A DNA stretch of 64,000 nt from Octopus sinensis (taxonomy: Eukaryota): contig NC_042997.1 in NCBI RefSeq assembly GCF_006345805.1, positions 173,290,001-173,354,000 on the forward strand, read 5' to 3'. Positions within the stretch are counted from its first letter, which is position 1. The number at the start of each line of letters is the position of its first letter. Positions 41,468 through 54,987 of this stretch are shown here, in pieces. The position numbers and the translations under genes are program-made. Under the pieces are notes generated by a model. The model did no database searches and had not been told where the DNA came from. It was given only the letters and a program-made list of their open reading frames with translations.

Positions 41468-41623
41468 CTTAGGGTTGGGTTCAAAATTCTACCGGGAATC
41501 TTCATGAAGGCTGGAGAGTAAATCAGCCCAAAACGTTGTGGTAACAACAAACAAGATGAGCTCACATATCTGTCCAATGTAAATAATAGACAGAATTCCT
41601 CATCTCTAAAATATAGAACATAT
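41468..41623 (+). repeat. ~155-bp PLE pseudo-LTR-like repeat with degenerate hammerhead (copy 1)
   Basis: ttcatgaaggctg...cagcccaaaacgttgtg; matches 44453-44609. Confidence 0.65.
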
Positions 41624-41699
41624 TGGACAGTCGCAAGTCTAATCTCGTCAATGAAGATCCCACAAGCAATAATGTGCTTGACATGATATTTCCTTGCGA

Positions 41700-41984
41700 G
41701 AAGTGGCTGTGTGGTAAGAAGCTTGCTTCCCACCCACATGGTTCCGGGTTCAGTCCCACTGCCTGGCACCTTGGGCAAGTGTCTTCTACTAAAGCCTCGA
41801 CCCAATTGAAGCCTTGTGCGCCGATTTAGTTGAGAAAACTGAAAAAGCCCGCCGTGTGCATGTGTGTGTGTGTGTGCGTGTGTGTAAATGCATGCATGTA
41901 TGTATGTATATATATATGTGTGTATGTATATGTATATATATATATATATGTATGTATGTATGTATATATATATATATATGTATG

Positions 41985-42061
<77 letters not shown>

Positions 42062-42445
42062 ATACATATACATATATATATAGTTTGTTGTCTACTCCTT
42101 ATGCAGCGTCTAACCACCTCCTGTACCTACACCTTAAAACCATCATGGCGTCTGATGTGGCTTTTTAAACCAGAAAATATTTTGAAAAGACACCCAAATA
42201 GATTGCATGTCCGATTTGGATGTGTATTTGTGTCTTCATATCTGTGTTTGTTCATCCCACCTCTTGACAAACGGTGTTGGTGTGGTTGTGTCCCTGCAAC
42301 TTAGCGGTTCGGCAAAAAGAGACCGATAGAATAAGTAGCAAAAATAAGTGCTGGTTTTAATTCATTCGAATGAAAAAAAAATTCAAGGCAGTGCCCAAGC
42401 ATGGCCACAGTCAGATGAATAAAACAAGTAAAAGAAAAAGATGAA
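41700..42445 (+). mobile_element. Family A SINE with expanded and interrupted internal microsatellite
   Basis: Head 41700-41855, tail 42240-42445. Confidence 0.75.
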
Positions 42446-42502
42446 GGATAGTTTTCTCTTAGGTGTTATAAGACATCAACTTGCTCAATTGTGTGAGTGA
42501 GT

Positions 42503-42548
<46 letters not shown>

Positions 42549-44452
42549 GAGAGAGAGAGGGGGAAGAGAGGGGGGAGAGAGAAAGCTGGAGAGATTTAAA
42601 TGGTAATGCTGCATTGGCTTCACCAGGGCTATAATTAGGAAATTCCATCCGTGACATCCCTTGTTATTCCTATGTGCTGGAAAACCAAGCGCACACTTTT
42701 ACCGTAGCTCGACCCCTTTTTAAGACGGTAGATTGTGAGTCGAAGGAAACGGCGCTGCTATTTTTAGTAGTTCGAGTAACCACATAAAGATTCTCTTGTT
42801 GGGTCGTGCTATTCGGCAAACGAAGTGGCAGAAAGCAAAATATTAAAGAAGAGGCGGATAGAAGAGAAAGAATCAATATCTTTTCTTTTTTCGAGCGAAA
42901 CAATAGAAAAATGTGTAGTTCAACTAGCGAAGTGGGAGAAGTGAAATTCGAAGTAGAGGGAACGGGAGAAAAAGAAAACTTGTTATTTACTAATCTATTT
43001 AATCAATTTAGGCAATGTTTTTTTCTTCTGGTTTGTATTTTCAAGTATTGATTGCTTTTTAAACTTGTTACAGCTTGTCGTCTGGTCAATGTCCTCAATT
43101 TGTTAAGCTTGGTCGTTTATTGGTTCGTTTGATTCGGCCATCTTGTCGTCGTCTGTGCTAACGAATGTTGCAGCAAATCCTATGAAATGTTCTTGTTGTT
43201 TATTGTTCCTTGTGTGCACACCACAGAGGGAAGCAACTAGGAGCTTCTACGTGGTTGGTCGACTTGCTATAACTATCACCTAATCTGCCTTAAGTCACAA
43301 GCTACGGCTTTAAAAAGGGGAATTGGGGGCTATATTTGACATCGCAATTCCAATTTCACTATTTCTGGAAAAATGTGGGAATAGTCACGGTTGGGACGTT
43401 TGGGATGGTATAATTTTTTCTGCAAGGAGAAAAATATTCTAACGTCTGTTCATTGCATTATTTGGATATGAGTAAGGAGATCGTGTGTAACAGTAATGTA
43501 TATTAAGGTCAAGTGTAACTCTTATTTGATTAAAATTAAAAAGAGAAATAGGGAAAGTATGATTGTTCTTCAGTTAAGTATTATTCTGCTCTGCTTTATG
43601 TAAACGAGCACAGAAAGATATATACGGAAATAATAAAATATAGTGAGATCAGGACTGCTTTTTACTGAGTAAACGCTGAAAATGAAAATATAGACAGTAG
43701 GAAAATAATTGAATGACGATCATTTCAATGAGGTGATAAAGTGTTTTCCCACTACTTCAGGAGGTATTTTTTGAAGTGGCGACTTACCTTAAAGATGTGT
43801 TATCTGGTATTTTGTTAGTTTGCAGTTTTAAAGGTTTTTTTTTAGTATGTGGCTCTTCTCAGCTACGCATTATCCGCAATATTTTTCAATTTTTATATTG
43901 TGTACATGTCTTGAGAACTTTTTATTTTATGGTGATATCAGCAGCGTATTTTTTCCTAATCCCACAAATAATTGGATAGTTTTCTTTCTCTATACCTATG
44001 AAGTGTTTACGAACGGCAATAAAATTTGGTTTGGTGGAGGCGAATTCGGTTTCGTGTAAAATCACTGCAGCGTTTTGTGACTGGCTAAAGAGGTATGCAT
44101 TTGCCTTTATGTATAGTTGTTATACGTTTTTTTTATAATGTTTCTTTTGATAATGTATAGTCGATATTAGTTTTCTTTTTCAAGTTCTTGTTCCGCTGTT
44201 AAACTCAGTTTAATGATGTTTCTATTAAATAGTTATTGTATTGAAGGTTGATTGATAAATGCTTACTAATTAGCGTTACAAAGACTTTACTTATATTAAA
44301 CGGAACGCACGGAAAGAAAAAGGAAATGTGACCTAGATAATATTGGTCTCTTTTCTTTTTATTGGATGGCAGGAGGCTACGGATATATATGACCTTATCT
44401 TTGAATCAACTAATTTTGATAAAGTTTGTGGATTCAAAGATATCCACTAACA

Positions 44453-44609
44453 TTAGGGTTGGGCTCAAAATTCTACCGGGACACCTGATGAAAGGTGGAG
44501 AGTAAATCAGCCCAAAACATTGTGGTAATAACAAACAAGATTAGGACACATACCTGTCCAATGTAAATAATGTACAGAATTCCTCATCTCTAAAAGATAG
44601 AACATATTG
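44453..44609 (+). repeat. Pseudo-LTR-like repeat with degenerate hammerhead (copy 2)
   Basis: acacCTGATGAaaggtg...cagcccaaaacattgtg. Confidence 0.65.
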
Positions 44610-45369
44610 TAGTAAAGTGCCATATTTTTGAAGATCTCTTTTTTCAATTATAAAGTTGATTAATAACTGTTATCACTAATCAGGTTTTAAAAAACTACGG
44701 GTAGTTGACAGTAGTTGACATATTAAAATATTACAAACACTAGGTTTGTTATAGGGTTGTACTTGTGTGGTTAGATAAGTCGAGATACTAAAGTTACATA
44801 TCATAATAATTTTTCGGCGGAAAAATTCTAAACGTAAGAACTTTCCTAAATGCATGTTCATTTCAGTTTTGCATTATAATCAACTCATAATGTCCATATA
44901 CATATTTTACATATATATCACCAATGGAAAAAGAGCTGCTAGGCAACCTGTAAAGGAAGCTCCACCGTATTTTAGGCTACGATATCGAAGTATGTTTTCA
45001 TTCATAACCGAAATTGTGTGTTCGCGTATAAATGGTGTATTTATATGCGCCTGCGTAACGGAGACTGCACCTCAAAAATTGGGATATACAATCTTCAAAA
45101 TGCACAATCGAAGGTAGTCATCACTCAGTTCTGTGGACAACCATAAGCTTGTATAGTTGTCTATAACTTTGTATATATAAAAATATAAATACATATATAT
45201 GTGTTTATACATATACATGTATGTATGTGTGTGAGTTTACACACACGCACACACTCACACACACACATATATGATACACCTGCTTGTTGCTTATACACCA
45301 GTCTTCGTCTTTTGTTTTTCTGTAAATTTGAACTATATATATAGTTGAAATATATACATGTATGCATGC

Positions 45370-45400
<31 letters not shown>

Positions 45401-45498
45401 CATACATACATACATACATACATACATACATACAAGCATGCATGCATGAATGCATGTATACATACATACATACATACATACATACATACATACATACA

Positions 45499-45529
<31 letters not shown>

Positions 45530-45530
<1 letters not shown>

Positions 45531-45730
45531 CACTGCCCAAATACCAATCTTGAGAAGTTAGACTTCTCAAATTAAGAAAGGAGAAGGCTAATTCGAAGAC
45601 TGCAGATCCAATCCATCACTGGAACTATAAAAATCTGTAAAATTTTCCAGCTCCAATGGAGCTGCGGATCTAGGTTAGAAACCGGTTCTTTCTCTATTGA
45701 CAAGTCATCTTGAAATAAACTAAATAATGA
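45530..45730 (+). mobile_element. RLE LINE 3' fragment inside a (TACA)n array
   Basis: NLEKLDFS..RRRLIRRLQIQSITGTIKICKIFQ plus 3' UTR; (TACA)n on both sides. Confidence 0.75.
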
Positions 45731-46676
45731 CATACATACATGCATACCAACATACATACATACATACATACATACATACATACATACATACATACATACA
45801 TACATACATACATACATACATACATACATACATACATACACACAGAGACACGTATATGTATATTGAGGACGAATTAACTATTTTGAGATAACTCTCCGTC
45901 AGAATTTTTATCGAGGAAAAAATCCCATAACGTCCATAAAGATTTCAATAAGAATATTATCTACATTGCTAAATATTTTCGTTGAATTCTACGGTGGTAA
46001 TGAAAATATGTTCAAAATGAAAGGATAAAATTCTTTTTTACTACTAGTATTATTGGCTATAATACAGTTATATGGCTATAATACAGTTATTTTTTGCTGA
46101 AGATAGTTGATTTCAGCATCATATTAATGTTGGTGAAGATTTTCCTACTAATTAATCCGATTTCAGTCTTGGCAGTATTAATTAAGTAATCGGTTTGGGA
46201 TTAGCGGCAAAATTCTCCTTCTGGTCCTCACGTCTGACGTAAGCTTAATGTTCAGCTAAACATTGTGATCTATTGTCTAACTTAAGAACATGAGTTATAT
46301 GCATTTTTGTCTCAGTATTATTCAAGTTTGTACACAAGTCTTCTTCAGTTTTAGATAATATTCTTTAGGAGTTAGTTATAAGGTTTATCTTCTAATCTAC
46401 TAACTTTTTCTTTTAGTTTTATCTAGGTTTTTTTTTTCATTAAAAAAAAAAGTTTAATGCTGTTAATAACATAGTTGTGTAGTAAGAAGTTTGCTTTCCA
46501 ACCACATGGAACTGGGTTCGGTCCCACTCCGTGAAACCTTCAGCAAGTTTCTTCTACTATAACCCCAACAAACCAAAGCCTTGTGAATAGATTTGGTAGT
46601 CGTTGATATATATATATATATAGCTTTCACAGCCTTGGATTTTTATCTCATTCTGTTATTTTTTTTATATATATAC

Positions 46677-47070
46677 TTTTCTGCTATAGGCACAAGGCCT
46701 GAAATTTTGTGGGGAGGGAACTAGTTGATTACATCGACCCCAATGTTTCACTGGTATTTATTTTACCGACACCGAAAGGATGAAAGGCAAAATCGACCTC
46801 GGCGAAATTTGAATCCAGAACGCAGCGACGGGCGAAATACCTATTTCTTTACTACTCACAAGGGGGTCAACACAGAGAGGACAAACAAGGACAGACAAAC
46901 GGATTAAGTCGATTATATCGACCCCAGTGCTTAACTGGTACTTAATTTATCGACCCCGAAAGGATGAAAGGCAAAGTCGACCTCGGCGGAATTTGAACTC
47001 AGAACGTAACGGCAAACGAAATACGGCTACGCATTTCGCCCGGCGTGTTAACGTTTCTGCCAGTTCGCCA
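46677..47070 (-). mobile_element. Family M SINE heterodimer
   Basis: Junction gtagtaaagaaata|ggtatttcg; terminal unit has tail B. Confidence 0.85.
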
Positions 47071-48741
47071 CCATATATATATATATATATATCTATATAT
47101 ACTATATATATATATATATATATGAATGTATGTATGTATGTATGTATGTATGTATGTATGTATGTAGATGTATGTTATGTATGTTTGTATGTATGTATGT
47201 ATGTATGTATGTATGTGTGGTGGTGTGTATGTGTGTGTGTGTGCGTGTGTGAGTGAACCAATACCGCTTGACAACTGGTGTTGCTTTGTTTTCGTCCCCA
47301 TAAATTAGTGGTTCGGCAAAAGACCGATAGGGTAAATTCCAGACTTTGAAAATAAGTACTTGGGTATTCTCCAAGGTAGTGTTCCAGCATGGCTGCAGTC
47401 CGATGACTGAAGCAGGTAAGAAGATAAATCAACTGTAAGTTTGTTCTTCAAAGTATTTGTTTACTTAAGGAAAGAGTGATTTAAGGCTTGTCACAAGGCG
47501 AATGGGTAAGTTCATTACATGAACCCTAGTGTACAAGAGGAAGTTATATGATCAATCCCGAAAAAAAAAAAAAAAAAATGAAAGACCGAGTCGAAATTTG
47601 AACCCAGAACGTAAAGAGCCAAGACGAATGTCGCTAAGCTAATTGTCCGACTCGTTAACGCTACAAAGGCCAATTTTGATTTTAATACTTTGAAATGCGA
47701 TAGTATTCCAGTGACGTACTGGGGTAGATTATCTCTCTCTCTCTCTCTCTCTCTCTGCAATTCAAAGATTATGCCCAAGAATTGCATAATGGTTGTACAC
47801 GTGTCTGAAATAAATACTCACCGTTTGCATACATGCATTAATACATATATGCGTACATACATTGCGTACATGTTTTATATTGACGTCATCTCAATTCTAA
47901 TGGGACTTCGCTTCCACTGCAGAGAGAATTTTGAAAAATATAACCAGAAATTCACACACAAACTCACACATACACACACACACACGCGCGCTTGCACAGA
48001 CAGACGCACAGACACACACACACAGGTGCGTGCACACACACACGCACACACACAAACATATACACACATGAATAAATAGACATAGATATAGCTACGCGTG
48101 TGGATGCAGTAATACACACGCACGCTTGCACACACACGCGCGCGCATGCACGTACACACTCGTGCACGCACACAAAAACACAAAATGTGTGCGTCTTTAC
48201 GCGTTCTGACTTGAAAAGAGAGTATGATAAACTTTTGCTGTGAAAGTTGCAATTATATCTATGCAGGAACGCGCACATGCATACATACATACATGCATAT
48301 ATACATGCATACATACATAAATGCATACATACATGCATAATACATATATTCATACATACATACATACATACATACATACATACATACATACATACATACA
48401 TACACACACTCACATATATACATGCATACACACACTCATATATGTGTGTATATGCATGTATACATATATGTATGCTGTATATATATAGATATATATATAT
48501 ATGTGTGTGTGTATATATATATATCTATATGTACACACACATATATATGCATGTATGTATGCATGTAGATACATGCATACATACATACATACATACATAT
48601 ATACATACATATATGTTCATATACGTATGTATATATGTATGTATGTATGCGTGCATGCATGACAAACACCAAATAGGCAATATCATTATAGATGTGATCC
48701 ACCCGGCAATGACAATAATAATAATAATAATAATAATAATG

Positions 48742-48772
<31 letters not shown>

Positions 48773-49704
48773 TGATGATAATGATGATGATGATGAGTTG
48801 ATTAGTTGATGATGATGACGACTATGACGACGATGCCGATGACGATGATGATGGTGATGATGGCGACGGTGATGATGATGATGGAGATAACGTTGGTGAT
48901 GATGATGAAGATGATGATGATCATAATAATGATGATAACAACAACGGTGAATCGGGTCCCTTTGTACCCCCCCCTCAAATAGATAAATAGAGAAGATAAA
49001 AATAAAAAAAAGCACATATACAAACGCGAAAAGAAGTATCGAATCGGAGTTTGCCAACAATGAAAATAATTGCAATCTGGATCGTAACTTCTCTAGAGAC
49101 TTCTAACATTCAAAGGCGAGATTTTCATTTTATTAAGTATAATATGTATGTGTCAATGGCGTGAGGGGCATTTGGACGCATTTGCGGCCTTTTCTTTAGT
49201 TTTACGGATGAAATATTGACGAAAATCGCTTTTCACTCTCTCCCTTCCCTATTTTCTAAATGCTGGTCATTTTGCTGGTGGATAGTCTCCTGTGTAAGAA
49301 CAAGAATAAATAAAAGGACGGCATTGTTGGGCAATAATTTATACGTAATGCTCTCTCTACAAAAGCTATTGTTTTCCTGATGGTGATTCAGTAGATTCGG
49401 AGGGTTGATAATGCTAATAATAATAATAATAATAATAATAAAATAATAATAATAATGATAATAATAATAATAATAATAGTAATGACAATAATGCACAAGA
49501 CCTGAAATTTGGGTTGAGGATGGTAAGTCGATCACATTGACACCAGTAATTGACTGGTACTTAATTTATCGCCCCCGAAAGGAAGAAAGGCAAAGTTGAC
49601 TTCGGTGGAATTTGAACTCAGAACTTAGAGACAGACGAAATGTCACTAAGCGTTTAACCAGGCGTGCTTACAACTAAGGTAGTTCATTGCTTTAATAAAA
49701 ATAA

Positions 49705-49785
<81 letters not shown>

Positions 49786-49887
49786 CCTTTCTACTAAAAG
49801 GTACAAGGCCTGAAATTTTGGAGGAGGAGACTAGATTACATCGACCCCAGTGTTTCACTGGTACTTAATTTATCGACCCCGAAAGGA

Positions 49888-50538
<651 letters not shown>

Positions 50539-50572
50539 TGACGATGATGATGATGATGATGATGATGATGAT

Positions 50573-51060
50573 AAATGCCCTGATGCTGTAGAAGACAGTG
50601 GCTCTCGTGGCTTCTGATCTTAACTGATTGGAAGTGTTATCATGTACATTGTTCTGTCTTGGTATAAAATATGGGCTACAGCAAATATTCTGCTCAATAC
50701 CACTTCTCATGCAGAAGTAATGGGGGTGTGTCATAGCCAAGTGTTGAGAGGAATTCTTTGAACTCTGAATTATTCACCTCTGGAAACATGGGTGTTTCAT
50801 TAAACATCCTTCAACAAGCCTTATTCAGGGATTTTTTTTTTTAGTGTAATGGGCTAATCAACCCGAAGAAAATTCTAACCAGGACCCACCTGCAAGGTCA
50901 TGCACTGTTTATCTTGATATGAGATCACCATGTCGCGCACATATGCTTGTGATGCATGTGCTTAGGTACCCTTATCAGACGGGTAGTCATGATGGGTATA
51001 CTGGGCTTCGTATATTTCACCCCAGTGTCACTTTAATGGCATGCATTGCTCTCTCTCACA
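50573..51060 (+). mobile_element. Family T element
   Basis: Starts aaatgccctgatg, like the 35527 end. Confidence 0.8.
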
Positions 51061-51079
51061 CACAAATAATGATAATAAC

Positions 51080-51225
51080 TCTCTAGAACAACACTATGTA
51101 CAAAACCAAATATATGGCACCTTAGGCATGACACCAACATGAACTTCCAACTTGTTGTCTCTTGAGGTCTCTGGGTGAGACTTGGAGCCAACTTGTACAA
51201 ATGTAAAGCAAAAGTCAAACATAAA
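51080..51225 (+). mobile_element. Probable Dong/R4-like LINE 3' UTR in (TAA)n
   Basis: gaggtctctgggtgagacttgg...aaa(taa)n; inferred from context. Confidence 0.4.
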
Positions 51226-51240
51226 ATAATAATAATAATG

Positions 51241-51286
<46 letters not shown>

Positions 51287-51351
51287 TGATGATAATAATA
51301 ATAATAATAATAATAAAAATAATAATAATAATAATAACGATAATAATGATG

Positions 51352-51417
<66 letters not shown>

Positions 51418-51479
51418 GGAAAGTATTAGATAGATGAAAAGAACGAATAGCATGGTACCGTAGGCTGCTGGTAGTAAGC

Positions 51480-52130
51480 CCGCTACGCATGCTAGACCCC
51501 AGGAGCTCCAACAAAACTTGTGATAAAGAGGAAATAATGATAATACACTGAAGATTCTTTGGTATAGAAAGACATGGCAAGTAGTGCAGGATACTGCATT
51601 AAGATTTCTTACACATCCTGGAACGCCAAATAAATAAATAAATGCTTTGTGAATCAGCCCAAGGAGAACCAGTTCTTATACAATTTTCAGATCAAGCTAT
51701 GTAACATGAATGTCGTTTTTTTCTCTTTCCTCTTGGTATGCTAAGTGTAGCTACAAAACATCTGAGCATGCACAAAGCAATTTGGAAATTCCAGAAAACG
51801 GACCTTCTCAATTGATATTTAACAGAAGAAGCATGCCAGGACTCTTTAAAGCACGCTGTCTTCTATATTGAGAAAGGTTGCCAAAACAAAGCTGGTCAAT
51901 TTGTGATAAAACCTAATGGTTTTCTGTAAAGTAACAAACCTGAAATATAGTGAAACGATCTCTTCTCATCAGTCTCCGCCTTTTCTATAAGTAGACTTGT
52001 TTCATCTGACGTTGGATTGCTTATTTCTTCACTAAATTTATCACTCTCACAAAGTCTAACTCGACAGATTTCATGGATAATCGTTTTTACATTTCTATAT
52101 CTCGAACCTGTCAAGTTATTCTATCTAGAG
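51480..52130 (-). pseudogene. Decayed RLE-LINE reverse transcriptase fragment
   Basis: IDQ...EREKNDIHVT*LDLK...LIHKA...LFGVP resembles DLHV.WLDL.NAYGSVPH.LI..AL..FGVP. Confidence 0.55.
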
Positions 52131-52189
52131 ATACAAAAACCTGAATTTCTTTGGTAGTGAATTTCTCTATTTTCGTTTTGAAGGTAATA

Positions 52190-52610
52190 GGACTCAGCTG
52201 GGGTCTATATGGCTCTGGGCGGGGTCGGGGTCGAGTTGTGCTATGTCGCACGTTCGAATGCCTTCTACTCAACTTCTCTCTACTACTCTACTCTGTTCTA
52301 GTCTACTACGACTGCTACTCCTGACGCCTAGGCCTCTCCCTATATATCTATGTATTGGGCTAGCCTACTTCAACGTCTGGGTGAGTCCACACAACAGGTT
52401 GCGTATAAGACTTTTATTAAAATTTAGGTACAATGAATTGCTTATACTTCTACAATGCATCAAATATCTTAACAATCTTTATAAATAAAATTAATAAGAC
52501 TTAATAATAATAAAATATGATTTTTTGAACGGTAAATGGCTATGAGAGTTCACAAGAGTAAAAGACGAATCAAAGGGTCCACAGATAAAAAAATGGTTAA
52601 GAAACACTGG
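52190..52610. mobile_element. hAT-like MITE relic with an internal insertion
   Basis: End gggtccacagataaaaaaatggttaagaaacactg; degenerate left end ctggggtctatatg. Confidence 0.4.
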
Positions 52611-52756
52611 TGTAGACAGTTAATAGGTTCTTAAATACATCGGAGTGATTCTTCCTGGTTTACTTGACAGATCATTACTGTTATATCGTCCTAGAAACTG
52701 TGGTTACATCTATACCATACTATCATATACAGGGATTCAGGAATTCGGATATATAT

Positions 52757-52788
<32 letters not shown>

Positions 52789-52790
52789 AT

Positions 52791-52853
<63 letters not shown>

Positions 52854-53037
52854 GTATATTATATATATATATGTATATATATTATATATAATGAATATAT
52901 ATATATATAATATATATATATAATATATATATATATATTATATATATATATATATATATAAATGGCGGTGCCCCAGCATGGCCACAGCTCATTAGCTGAA
53001 ACTGGAAAAATCAAAAAATCAAAATCATATATATATA

Positions 53038-53081
<44 letters not shown>

Positions 53082-53197
53082 GTATCTATATATATATATT
53101 ATGTATATACAAATGTACATATATACATATACATTTTATATGTATATACATATATATATATACACACATACATAGACATATATATACATATGCATAC

Positions 53198-53231
<34 letters not shown>

Positions 53232-53336
53232 ATATATATTATATCAAAATAAGCAACAAGGATATCCAGTAATGTAGTACGATTGTTTTATTCAATATAT
53301 ATATATATATACATACATGCATATATACATACATAC

Positions 53337-53411
53337 ATCAGTTAAGGTAGGAGATATGATCCAGGTCTCCAGGTGTTTGTCTTGTGAAGCACTCCTACGG
53401 ATTGCAGGTAT
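53337..53411 (-). CDS. Candidate 75-nt internal exon (IPAIRRSASQDKHLETWIISPTLTD), gene unknown
   Basis: Acceptor cttctccctttcacttttcag, donor GAT|GTATGT, open phase-0 frame. Confidence 0.3.
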
Positions 53412-53898
53412 CTGAAAAGTGAAAGGGAGAAGTTCTTTTGTGAAGCTACAGCTCCGATAAACAGAAAATCCGCAAACGAAACACACACACACACACACAC
53501 ACACACGCGCGCGCGCGCACGCACGCACGCACGCACACACGCACAATCACGCACACACATCACATATAAGAAACGGATTCAAAGAATCAGTCGGAAACTA
53601 CTTGATTCTCCAGGCGAGAATCCTGCTATCAGGTCACAAAGGTAATTAATTTCCGATGTTATATAAAAGGACCATGCAACTGAAGATCCAAGATATACAA
53701 ACAGATGAATTTCCTTTGTGGTATTTATAATAAGCAAATAAAAGCCAAGGAGAGGTAAGAGTCAATTTAAATATGGATAATCGTCGTTCTCGTACTCCTG
53801 GGCGATTAACTTTAATCTGCAATAAATAAATGACAAAAAACAAAACAAAAAACATATTAAACCACTGCAGTGACAAATGGAATAATATACAGAGCATA

Positions 53899-54525
53899 TC
53901 TCTATATATAAAAGAGAGGTTGTGTGTCTATTTCCTACGATTTAGATTCCTAACTACTCCCACATTTTGCAGTGCAGTTTAACCAAAACCGGGTATCTTA
54001 TAGTCGTGATTCATATCGAGCCCTTCTGGGTATTAGCGCGCGTCTACGATGAGTCTACAATTTAAAAAAAAATTGCCATATGCATGTATATACAAATATA
54101 CATATATACATATACATATTTATATGTATATACATATACATATATATATATATATATATACACACATACATAGACATATATATACATATACATACATATA
54201 TATATATATATATATAATATATAGTGTGTAAATATATATATATCAAAATAAGCAACAAGGATATCCAGAGGTAATGTAGTACGATTGTTTTATTCAATAT
54301 ATATATGTGTGTTGTTTTCCATTTTAATGCATTTTTTCGCTATTATATAAGGGAAGTAACTCTCTAAAAATGTCTACGATGAGTCAACTATTTAAAAACA
54401 AATTTACCATCATTTTTTCCCCATTTTTTATGCATGTTTTTGCTATTTTTTGGCTATAACTCTCTAAAAATGCTTATATAGTTATTTCCCTTACAAACCC
54501 GAGCAACGCCGGGCGATACTGCTAG
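53899..54525 (+). mobile_element. Non-autonomous Helitron
   Basis: A|TC start, 3' hairpin cccgagcaacgccggg, CTAG|T end, no TSD. Confidence 0.85.
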
Positions 54526-54757
54526 TTCTAAATAAAATCTGCAAGGCACTGATGATTGTATAAGAAGAATCAGTAGGTCTACGAAACGGATGGTTTTTGG
54601 CAATGGCCGATACTGCGTGTACGAACTGGCTCTAAGTTGTATTTAAGTTAAAAGTTAACCAGAGGCCCTGTACGTAGTCATTTGACCTGCCAAAATTTGC
54701 AGCCACTCAGTCGTATCTCACAGTGTTATGTAAGGTAAAGAATATATGGATAATACA

Positions 54758-54987
54758 TATTTCTTTACTACCCACAAGGGGCTAAACACAGAGGAGACAA
54801 ACAAGGACAGATAAACGGATTAAGTCGAATACATCGCCCCAGTGCATAACTGGTACTTAATTTATCGATCCTGAAAGGATGAAAGGCAAAATCGACCTCG
54901 GCGGAATTTGAACTCAGAACGTAACGGCAGAAGAAATACGGCTACGCATTTCGCCCGGCATGTTAACGCTTCTGCCAGCTCGCCGCC
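54758..54987 (-). mobile_element. Family M SINE monomer
   Basis: atggataata on both flanks. Confidence 0.85.

Larger units (their letters stand above)
43750..46450 (-). mobile_element. Highly decayed, multiply interrupted Penelope-like element (RT plus GIY-YIG)
   Basis: Colinear motifs: DQKENFAANPK..LINTAKTEIGLIS (~46200), PYNKP (~44750), EIFKNMALYYN (~44620), FNRNIIKLS (~44215), KHFIGI (~44000), CVAEKSHI (~43860), RHFKKYLL (~43770). Confidence 0.65.

Noticed and set aside
45650-45700. Hammerhead-like gaaaccggttc in RLE 3' UTR (also ~11550)
   Set aside because: No CUGANGA box and no stem I
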